The translations under genes and the position numbers were made by a program. From NCBI RefSeq assembly GCF_009914755.1, contig NC_060926.1: a stretch of 64,000 nt of DNA. The stretch is one strand, 5' to 3'. Below, in pieces: positions 52,218-64,000 of the stretch. Numbering within the stretch: the stretch's first letter is position 1; every line of letters begins with the position of its first letter. Origin of the DNA: the human T2T-CHM13v2.0 reference genome, Homo sapiens. The notes beneath the pieces are model-generated. The model saw only the letters and a program-made list of their open reading frames with translations. It did no database searches and was not told the DNA's origin.

Positions 52218-55200
52218 ATGATTCCATTCGATTCCATTCAATGATTCCATTCAATTCCATTCGATAATTATTCCATTTGATTCCATTCGATGATTCCATT
52301 TTATTCCATGTAATGATGATTCCATTCGATTCCTTTCCATGATTCAATTCGATTCCATTCGACGATGATTCCATTCGATTCCATTCGATGATTCCATTCG
52401 ATTCCATTTGATGATTCCATTCGATTCCATGTTATAATTACTCCATTCGATTCCTTTCGATGATTCTGTTCGATTCCATTTGATGATGATTCCATTCGAT
52501 TCCATTCAATGATGACTGCATTCCTTTCCATTCGAGAATTCTTTTTGATATGATTCAATGACAATTCCATTCGATGATTCCATTTGATTCCATTCTATGA
52601 TGATGCCATTTGATTACATTTGATTTATTCCATTTGATTCCATTCGATGATTCCTTTCAATACCATTTGATGTTGATTCCATTCGATTCCATGTGATGAT
52701 GACTCCGTACAATTCCATGCGATGATGTTTCCATTCGATTGCATTCGATGATTCCATTTGATTTCATTTGATGATGATTCCATTCGATTGCATAGGATGT
52801 CTCCATTCACATCCATTTGATGATGATTCCAGTCGATTCCATTCGATGATGATAGCATTCGATTCCATTCGATGATGAGTACATTCGATTCCATTGGAAG
52901 ATGACAGCATTCGATTCCATTCGATGATTCCATTTGTTTCCATTCAGTGATTTCATTCGATTCCATTTGATGATTCCAGTTGATTCCATTTGATGATTCC
53001 ATTCACTTCCATTCAATGATGAATATATGTGATTCCATTCGATCATTCCATTTGTTTCCATGCAATGATGATTCCATTCGATTCTATTCAATGATTCCAT
53101 TTGAATCAATTCGATGATGATTCCATTCGATTCCATTCGATGACTCCATTTGATTCCATTTGAGGATTTCATTCCATTGCATTTGATGTTTATTCCATTT
53201 GATTCTTTTAGATGATTCCATTCAATTCCATTCGATGATGATTCCATTCGATGATGATTGCATTTGATTCCATTCAATGATTTTTTTCTATTTCATTTGA
53301 TGATGATTCCAGTCAATGATTCCATTTGACTACATTTGATGATGATTCCATTCAGTTCCATTTGATTTATTCCATTCGATTCCATTCAATGATTCCTTTC
53401 AATACCATTTGATGATGATTCCATTCAATTCCATATGATGATGATTCCATTCGATTCCATTCGATTATTCCATTCGATTCCATGTGATGATGATTCTACT
53501 CAATTCCATTCGATGATTCCATTCGATTATGATTGCATTAATTCCATTTGATGATTCTCTTCGAATCCATTCGATGACGATTCCATTCGATTCCATTAGA
53601 TGATGATTCCATTGGATTCCATTGGATGATTCATGTTGATTGCATTCGATGATGATTCATTCAATTCCGTTCAATGAATCCATTCGATTAACTTGAGGAT
53701 TCCATTCAATTCCTTTCGATGAGTATTCCAATCGATTTCACTCAATGATTCCATTTGATTCCATTCAATGATGATTCCATTCTATTCCATTCAATAATAC
53801 CTTTTGATTCCATTCCATGGTGATTCCATTCGATTCCATTCAATGATTCCATTCGATTCCATTGGAAGTTGATTTCATTCAATTCCATTCGATGATGATT
53901 CCACTTGATTCCTTTTGATAACTCCATTCAATTCCATTCGATGATGATTCCATTTGATTCCATATGATGATTTCATTTGATTGCATTCTATGATTCCATT
54001 TGATTCCATTCGATGATTGTATTCAATTCCATGGGATGATTCCATTCTATGATGACACCATTTGATTCCATTTGATGATACCATTCTATTCCATTTGATA
54101 ATTGCGTTCGATGATTATTGCATTTGATTCCATATGATGATTCCATTTACTTCCATGTGATGAAGTTTCCATTCGATTCCATTGCATGAATCCATTCGAT
54201 TCCATTCGATGATGACCCCATTCGATTCCTTTCGATGATTCCATTCGACTCCATTTGAGGATTTCATTCGATCCCATTGGATGTTTATTCCATTTGATTG
54301 CATTCAATGATGATTGCATTAATTCCATTTGATGATTCCATTCCATTCCATTTGATGATTCCATTTGATTCCATTCGATGATTCATATTGATCCATTTGA
54401 TAATGATTCCATTCGATTCCATTTGATGAATCCATTCGATTAAATTCGAGGATACCATTCGATTCCATTCGATGATTTTTTTGATTCCATTCGATGATGA
54501 TTCCATTCGATTCCATTCGATGATGATTCCATTCGATTCCATTGGATGATTCCATTTGATTCCATGCGATGATGCTTCCATTCCATTCCATTCCATTCCA
54601 TGATTCGTTTCGATTCCATTCGATGATGATTCCTTTAGATTCCATTCAATGATTCCAATCAATTCCATTCCAGAATTTCATTCGATTCCATTCGATGATT
54701 ATTCCATTCGATTCCTTTCAATGATCCATTCGCTTCCACTCGATGGTGACTCCATTCGATTCCATTTGATGATGATTGCATTCCATTCCATTCGATGATT
54801 CTTTTTGATTTCATTCAATGGTGATTCCATTCCATGATTCCATTTGATTCCATTCGATGATGATTCCATTCGATTCCATTTGATGATTCCATTTGACTCC
54901 ATGCGATGATGATTCCATTCGATTCCTTTCCATGATTCCATTCGATTCCATGTGATGATGATTCCATTTGATTCCTTTCCATGATTCCTTTCGATTCCAT
55001 TCTAGGATTTCATTCGATTCCATTTGATGATTATTCCATTCGATTCCTTTCAAAGTTTCCGTTCGATTCCTCTCGATGATGATTCCATTTGATTCCATTC
55101 TATGATGATTGCATTTCATTCCATTCGATGACTCTTTTTGATTTCATTCAATGATGATTCCATTCGATGATTCCATTCAATTCCATTCGAATATGAGTCC

Positions 55201-58200
55201 ATTTGATTCCATTCGAATATGATTCCATTCGATTCAGTTTGATTTATTCCTTTTGATTCCATTCTATGTTTCCTTTTGATACCATTCAATGATGATTCCA
55301 TTCGATTCCATGTGATGAATGATTCCATAAGATTCCATGCAATGATGATTCCATTAGTGTCCATTAGATGATTCCATTCGATTGCATGTGATGATGACTG
55401 AATTAGATTCCATTGGATGACTCCATTTGATTCCATTTGATGATTCCATTTGATGATTCCATTCGATTCCATTCAGTGATTCCATTCGATTCCATTTGAT
55501 GATTCCATTCGATTCCATTAGATGATTCCATTCGATGAAGACACCATTTGATTCCATTCGATGATTCCATATGATTCCATTCAATGATTCCATTTGATGA
55601 TTATTAAATTCGATTCCAGTGGTTGATTCCGTTCTAATCCATTCGATGATGATTCCATTCAATTCCATTCGTTGATTCCATTCGGTTCCATTAGATGATG
55701 ATTCCATTTGATTCCTTTTGATGATTCCATTTGATTCTAATCGATGATTCCATTCGATTCCATTCGATGATGATTCCATTCAATTCCATTTGATGATTCC
55801 ACTCCATTCCATTCGATGATGGTTTCATTTCATTCCACTCAATGATCCTGTTTGATTCCATTCTATAATTCCGTTCGATTCCATTCGAGGATTCCATTCG
55901 ATTCCATTGGATGATTATTCCATTTGATTCCCTTCGATGATTCCATTCGATTCCATTCGATGTTGATTCCATTAGATTCCATTGGATGACTCAATTTGAT
56001 TCCATTCGATGATGATTCCATTCGATGATTTCATTCCATTCCATTCACTGATTCCATTTGATTCCATTCAATGATTCCATTCGATTCCATTGGTTGGTTC
56101 CATTAGATTCCATTCGAGGATTCCATTTTATTCCATTCAATGACTATTCCATTCGATTCCTTTCGAGGATTCCATTCAATTTCATTTGATGATGATTCCT
56201 TTTGATTAAATTCGATTATGATAGCAATTGTCTTCATTCGTTGATTCTTTTCAATTTCATTCGTTGATGATTCCACTTGATGATTCAATTCGATTCCATT
56301 CGTTGATGATTCCATTTGATTCCATTTGATTTATTCCATTCAATTCCATTTGACATTTCCTTTCGATACCATTCCATGATGATTCCATTCGATTCCATGT
56401 GATGATGATTCCATTTGATTCCATGTGATAATGATTCCATTCGATACCATTCAATGATTGCATTCGATTCCATTTTATGATGATTCCATTTGATTCCATC
56501 GGATTACTGCATTTGATTTCATTGGATGATGATTCCTTTCGATTCCATTTGATGATTCCATTCAATTCCATTTTCTGATTCCGTTCGTTTTCATGGGATG
56601 ATTCCAGTCGATGATGACACCATTTGATTCCATTTGAGGATTCCACTCGATTCCATTCAATGTTTCCAATCAATGATTTTTCCATTCGATTCCATTGGAT
56701 GATTCCATTTGATTCCATTCAATGATGATTCCATTCAATTTCTTTCGATGATTTCATTCAATTCCATTCGATGATTCCTTTTGATTCCATTCAATGATGA
56801 TTTCAGTTGATTCCATTCGCTGATGATTCCATTCAATTCCATTCTTTGAGTCCATTTGATTCCATTCGATGATGATTCCATTTTATTCCATTCGATGATT
56901 GCTTTCCATTCCATTCGAGGTTTTCATTTGATTCCATTTGATGATTATTCCATTAGATTCCTTTTGATGATTCCATTCGATTCCATTCAATGATGATTCC
57001 ATTCAATTCCATTCGATGATTCCATTCGATTCCATTCAACTACGGTTCCATTCGATTCCATTCGATGATGATTCCATTCGATTCAATGTGATGATTCCAT
57101 TCGATTCCATTCTATTATTCCATTTCATTAAATGCGATGTTGAATCTACTCAATTCCATTCGATGATTCCAATCGATTGCATTCGATGATGATTGCATTA
57201 ATTCCATTTGATGATTCTTTTTGATTCCATTTGATGATGATTCCATTCAATTCCATTCAATGACTCCATTCGATTCCATTCGATGATGATTCCATTGGGT
57301 TCCATTCGATGATTCATGTCTATTGCATTCGACGATGATTCATTCGATTCCATTCGATGATTCCATTCGATTAAATTGGAGGATTCCATTTAATTCCATT
57401 CGATGAGGATTCCATTTGATTCCATTCAATGATTCCATTCGATTCCATTCAATAATTCCTTTTGATTCCATTCCATGATTATTCCATTTGACTCCATTTG
57501 ATGATTCCATTCGATTCCATTGGAAGTTGATTTCAGTCAAATCCATTCGTTGATGATTCCTTTGGATTCCAATCGATGATTATTCCATTTGATTCCATTC
57601 GATGATGATTACATTCGATTACATTAGATGATAATTTTTTATTTCATTCGATAATGATTCCATTCGATGTTCCCATTCAATTCCTTGTGATGATGATTCC
57701 ATTCGATTCCATTTGATTTATTCCTTTCGATTCCATTCAATGTTTCCTTTTGATACCATTTGATGATTATTCCATCTGATTCCATGTGATGATGATTCCA
57801 TTCGATTCCATGCGATGATGATTCCATTCAATTCCATGTGATGATGATTCCATTCGATTCCATTCCATGATTGCATTCGATTGTATTCAATGTTGATTCC
57901 ATTCAATTCCATCGGATGACTCCATTCGATTCCATTTGATGATGATTCCATTCGATTCCATTCAATGATTCCATTCGATTCCATTTGATGAATCCATTCA
58001 ATTAAGTTGGATGATTCCATTAGATGTGACACTATTCGATTCCATTTGGTGATTCCATTCGATTGTATTCCATGATTCCATTCCAAGATTATTCCATTCG
58101 ATTGCTTTGGGTGATTCCATTCAATTCCATTCGAAGATGATTACTTTCGATTCCATTTGATTATTCCATTCAATTGCATTCGATTATGATTCCATTCAAT

Positions 58201-61200
58201 TTCATTCGATGATTCCATTCCATTACATTCAATGATGATTCCATTCGATGATGAATCCATTCGATGATGATTCCTTTCAATTCCATTCGATGATGATTCC
58301 TTTCAATTCCATTGCATGATTCCACTCAATTCCATTCGATGATGATTCCATTTGATTCCATTTGATGATTCCATTCGATTCCATTTGATGATGATTCCAT
58401 CTGATTCCACTGGATGACTCCATTCAATTCCATTCAAAGATGATTCCATTTGATTCCATTCGATGATACCATTTGATTGCATTCTATGATTCCATTCAGT
58501 TCCGTTTGATGATTCCATTAAGTTTCATGGAATAATTCCATTTGAAGATGACACCATTTGATTCCATTCAATGATTCCATTCTATTCCATTCGATGATTG
58601 CATTTGATCATTATTCCATTCGATTCCATACAATGATTCCATTGGCTTACATGTGATGATATTTCCATTCAATTCCATTGCATGAATCCACTTGATTCCA
58701 TTCGATGATGATTCCATTTGATTCCTTTCAATGATACCATTCCATTCCATTCTAGGATTTCATTCGATTCCATTGGATGTTTATTCCATTCAATTCGTTC
58801 CAATGATTCCATTTGATTCCATTCAATGATGATTCCATTCGATTCCATTTGATGATTTTTTTATTTCATTTGATGATGAATCCATTCGATTCCATTCGAT
58901 GATGATTCCATTCGGTTCCATTCGATTTATTACATTCGATTCCATTTGATTATTCGTTTCAAAACCATTCGATGATGATTCCATTTGATTCCATGTGATG
59001 ATGATTCCTTTTGATTCCATTCGATTATTCCATTCGATTCCATGCGATGACTATTCTACTCAATTCCATTCGATGATCCTATCTGATTGCATTTGATGAT
59101 GATTGCATTAATTCCATTTGATGATTCCATTCCATTCCATTCGGTAATGATTCCATTTGATTCCATTTGATGATTCATATTGATTCCACTTGATGATGAT
59201 TCCATTCTATACCATTTGCTGAATCCATTCAATTAAATTCGAGGATTCCATTCGATTCCTTTTGATGATTATTCCATTCAATTCCATACTATTATGATTC
59301 CATTCGATTCCATTCAATGATGATTCCATTTGATTCCATTCGATGATGATACTATTCGAGTCCATTCGATTCCATCCCATGATGATTCCATTCGAGTCTA
59401 TTCAATGTTTCCATTCGATTCCATTCAATAATGATTCCATTCAATAATGATTCCGTTAGAGTCGATTCGATTATTCCAATCGAGCCCATTCGATGATTGC
59501 ATTCGGTTCCATTTGATGATGTTTCCTTTGGATTCCATTCATTGATGATTGCATTCGATTCCCTTCTATGATGATTCCATTTGATTCCATTCGCTGATGA
59601 TTCCATTCAATTCCATTTGATGATGATTCCATTCGATTCCTTTAGATGATAATTCCGTTTGATTTCATTCGATGACTCTATTCAAAGCTATTAGATGATA
59701 ATTCCATTCTATTCCATTTCATGATCCCATTCGATTCCATTTGAGGATGACTCCAATCGATTCCATTCGATGATGATTCCATTCGATTACATTCAGTGAT
59801 TATTTCATTTGTGTCCATTCAATTATTCCATTCAATTCCTTTCGATTATGTTTCCATTCGTGTCCATTAGATGATTCCATTCAATTCCATTCGATGATGA
59901 TTCTTTTCAATGCCATTCGATGTTTCCATTCGTGTCCATGTGATGATTCCTTTCGATTCCATTTGTTGATGATTCCTTTCAATGCCACTCGATGATTCCA
60001 TTCGATTTCAATCAATGATGATTCAATAGGTTTCCATTCAATTATTCCATTCGATTCCCTTTGATGATGATTCCATTCGATTCCATTTGCTGCTTCCATT
60101 TGATTCCATTCGATGACGATTTCATTCGAGTCCATTCGATGATTCCATTCGAGTCCATTCAATGATGATTCCATTCTATTCCATCGATGATTCTATTCTA
60201 TTACATTCAATGATTGCATTTGCAACCATTCGATGATTCCATTCGAGTCCATTCCGTGATTCCATTCGATTCCATTCAATGATTCACTTCAATTCATTTT
60301 GATGATGATGATTCCATTTGATTCCATTAGATGATTCCAACAGATTCTTTCCCATGATGATTCCATTCAATTCTATTCGAAGATAATTCCATTTGATTCC
60401 CTTTGATGACGATTCCAATCGATTCCATTCGATGACAATTCCGTTCGAGTCCATTCAATGATTCCATTCAATTCCAATCAATGATTCCATTCGATTCCAT
60501 TCGATGAGGAGTCCATTCGATTCAATTCCATGATGATTCCATTCGTTTCAATTTGATATTTCCCTTTGAGTTTATTCGATGATTCCATTAGATTCCATTC
60601 AACGTGGATTCCATTCTTGTCCATTTGATGATTCCATTTGATTCCACTTGAGGATTCCATTCGAGTCCATTCAATGATTCCATTCGATTGCATTCCATGA
60701 TGATCCCATTCGATGCCATTCGTTGATGATTCCATTCGAATCCATTCGATGCCATTCGATGATTATTCCATTCAAATCCATTCGGTGTTGACTCCAGTAG
60801 TTTCCATTTGATGATGATTCCAATCGATTCCATTGGATAATTATTCCATTATATTCCATTATATTCCATTCGATGACTCCATTCGATTCCATTCGTTGAT
60901 GATTCCATTCAATTCCATCCTATGATGATTCCATTGAATTCCTTTTGATGATGTTTCCATTCGATTCCATTCAATGATGATTCCATTTGATTCCATTCGA
61001 TGATGATTCCATTCTATTCCATTCCATGATTCCATTCGATTCCATTCGATGATGATTCCATTCATTCAATTCAATGACGATTCCATTCGATTCCATTCGA
61101 TGATGATTCTATTCGAGTCCATTCAATGATTCCATCCAATCCCATTCAAAGATGATTCCATTCGGATCCATTCTATGATGATTTCATTTGGTTCCATTCA

Positions 61201-64000
61201 ATGATTCCATTTGACTCCATTCGATGATGATTCTATTCGATGCTATTATATGTTTACATTAGATTCTATTCGATGATGATTCCTTTCGACTCTGTTCGAT
61301 CATTCCATTCAAGTCCATTTGATGTTTCTATTTGATTCCATTTGAAGATTATTCCATTCGAGTGTATTTGATGATTCCTTTCGAGGCCATTCAATGATTC
61401 GGTTAGGTTCCATGTGATGGTGATTCCATTGGATTCCATTTGATGATGATTCCATTCGATTCCATTCAATGATGATTCCATCCAATTTCATTCGATGATT
61501 CCGTTTGATTCCATTTAATGATGATACCATTCGATGATGATTCCATTCGATTCAATTTGAGGATGATTCCTTTCGATTCCATTCGTTGCTGATTCCATTC
61601 TATTCCGTTTGATGATGATTCCATTCGATTCCATTCAACGATGATTCCTTTTGATTCCATTCAATGATTATTCTATTCAAATCCATTTGATGTTTCCATT
61701 CGATTCCATACGATGATGATTCCATTCAATTCCAATCGACAATTCCATTACAGTCCATTCGATGATTCCATTCGAGTCCATTTGATGATTCCATTAGGTT
61801 CCATTTGAAGATGATTCCATTGGATTCCATTCTTTGATGATTCCATTGGATTCCATTCAATGATGATTCCATTTGATTCCATTTCATGATGATTCCATTC
61901 GATTTCATTTGATGATTCTATTCGTTTCCATTTGATGTTGATTCCATTCTATTCCAATTGATGATTCCATTCAATTCCATTCTATGATGATTCCAAGCAT
62001 TTCCATTTGATGATGATTCCATTCGATTCCATTCAATGATGATTCCCTGTGTTTCCATTCTATTATTCCATTCAATTCCATTCTATGATAATTCCATTTG
62101 TGTCCATTAGATGACTCCATTCGATTCCATTCAATGATGATTCCTTTCAAGTCCTTTCAGTGATTCCATTAGGTTCCATTCAATGATGATTCCATACAAT
62201 TCCATTCGATGATTCCATTTGATTCCACTCAATGATGATTCCATTCCCTTTCATTAGATGATTCCATTTGATTCCATTCAATGATGATTCCATTGGAGTC
62301 CATTTGATGATTCTGTTCGATTCCATTCAATGATTCTACTCGATTCCTTTTGATGATTGCATTTGATTCCATTCGATGATTCCGTTGTATTCCATTCGAT
62401 GATTCACTTCGATTCCTTCTGATGATGATTCCATTTGATTCCATTCAATGAGTCCATTCGATTCTATTTGATGATAATTCCATTTGATTCCATTCAATGA
62501 TAAATCCATTCAATTCCTTTTGATGATTATTCCATTCGATTCCATTTGATGACGATTCCATTTGATTCCATTCGATGATGATTCCATTCTATTCAATTTG
62601 ATGATGGTTCTATTAGATTCCATTTGATGTTTCCATTCGATTCCATTTGATGATGATTCCATTCTTTCCATTCCCTGATTCGTTTTGATCCCATTGGATG
62701 TTGATTCCTTTCGAATACATTCGATGATTCCATGTGATTTAATTCGATGATGACTCTCTTCGATTCAATTTGATCATTCCGTTCAATTCCATTCGATGAT
62801 GATTGCCTTCTATTCCATTCGAGGATTCCATTCGATTCCATGTGATCATGATACCATTAGATTCCATTCAATGATGATTCCATTCGTTTCCATTCGATGA
62901 TGATTCTGTTCGATTCCATTGATGACGATTACATTTGAGTCTGTTCGATGATTCCATTCGAGTCCATTTGATGATTCCATTCCAGCCCATTCGATGATGA
63001 TTCAATTTGATTCTATTCGATGATGATTCTGTTTGAGTCCATTTGATGATTCCATTTGATTCCATTCCATAAGGATTCCATTCTTGTCCATTTGATGATT
63101 CTATTCGATTCCATTTGATTAAGATTCAATTCCAGTCCATTTGATGATTCCATTCGATTCATTTCAATGATGATACCATTTGATTCCATTCGTTGATTCC
63201 ATCCGATTCCATTTGATGATGATTCCATTCGTGTCCATTTGATGATTCTATTCGAATCCACTCGATGATTGCTTTTGATTCCATTCGATGATGATTCCAT
63301 TCTATTCCATTCGATGACGATTCCATTCATGTCCATTCTATGATTTAATTTAATTCCATTCAATGATGATTCCATTGGTTTCCATTCAATGATTCTATTC
63401 GATTCCATTTGATGATGCTTCCATTCTAGTCCATTCGCTGATTCCATTCGATTCCAATTGATGATTCCCTTCGAGTCCATTCATTGATTCCAATCGAGTG
63501 CATTCGATGATTCTATTCTGATCCATTCAATGATGATTCCATCTGAGTCCATTCGATGATGATTCCATTCAATTCCAATAGATGATTCCATTCGATTCCA
63601 CTCGATGATTCACTTCAATTCCTTTTGATGATGATTCCATTCGATTCCATTCAATGATTCCATTGGATTCCATTCAGTGATGATTCCATTCGATTCCTTT
63701 TGATGGTGATTCCATTAGATTCCATTTGATGATAATTACATATGATCCCAGTGATGACAATTGCATTCTAGTACATTCAATGATTCCATTCGAGTCTATT
63801 TGATGATTTCATTCGAGTCCATTCAATGATGATTCTATTTGTTTCCATTCGAGGATGATTCCATTCGAGTCCATTCATTGATTCCATTCAATTCCATTCG
63901 ATGAGGATTGCATTCATGTCCATTCGATGTTTCCATTCGATTCCATTCGATGATGATTCCATTCGATTCCATTCCATGATAATTCCATTCGATGCCATTC
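52218..64000 (+). repeat. Human satellite 2 (HSat2/HSATII), diverged, CATTC strand on +
   Basis: Continuous (ATTCCATTCG)1-2(ATG)1-2 units of about 23/26 bp with frequent TTCGA>TTTGA/TTCAA decay; runs past the window end. Confidence 0.98.

Noticed and set aside
52216-63480. Dozens of MESNGIIEWNRMES-type ORFs
   Set aside because: Translations of the stop-poor GAATG strand of HSat2, not genes.

Overview
Primate (human or great-ape) pericentromeric segmental-duplication mosaic with no intact protein-coding gene. From left to right it holds: (1) the last three exons of an unprocessed SLC9B1/NHEDC1 pseudogene (+, two in-frame stops); (2) a full-length processed PABPC1 pseudogene (-) split by an ERV1-type solo LTR; (3) a nested stack of ERVL, THE1D, L1MA and Alu elements; (4) an interstitial fossil chromosome end (TAR1 plus degenerate TTAGGG tract) fused directly to an antisense, 3'-truncated L1PB; (5) a ~9.9 kb Xq28-type block with ABCD1 exons 7-10 (-, pseudogene); (6) a GC-rich CAAAAAGCCGCGGCGG minisatellite; (7) from ~52.2 kb to the end, a diverged HSat2/HSATII array with two sequence layers. 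This order fits the known ABCD1P/SLC9B1P/PABPC1P blocks of human 2p11, 10p11, 16p11 and 22q11; the paralog and species cannot be fixed by eye. I found no supportable new coding system. The best leads are structural: the telomere|antisense-L1 junction, the minisatellite apparently seeded inside an MLT1 LTR, duplicon breakpoint scars, and satellite substructure. Repeat subfamily names and parent-gene comparisons come from recalled sequences and need RepeatMasker/BLAST confirmation.
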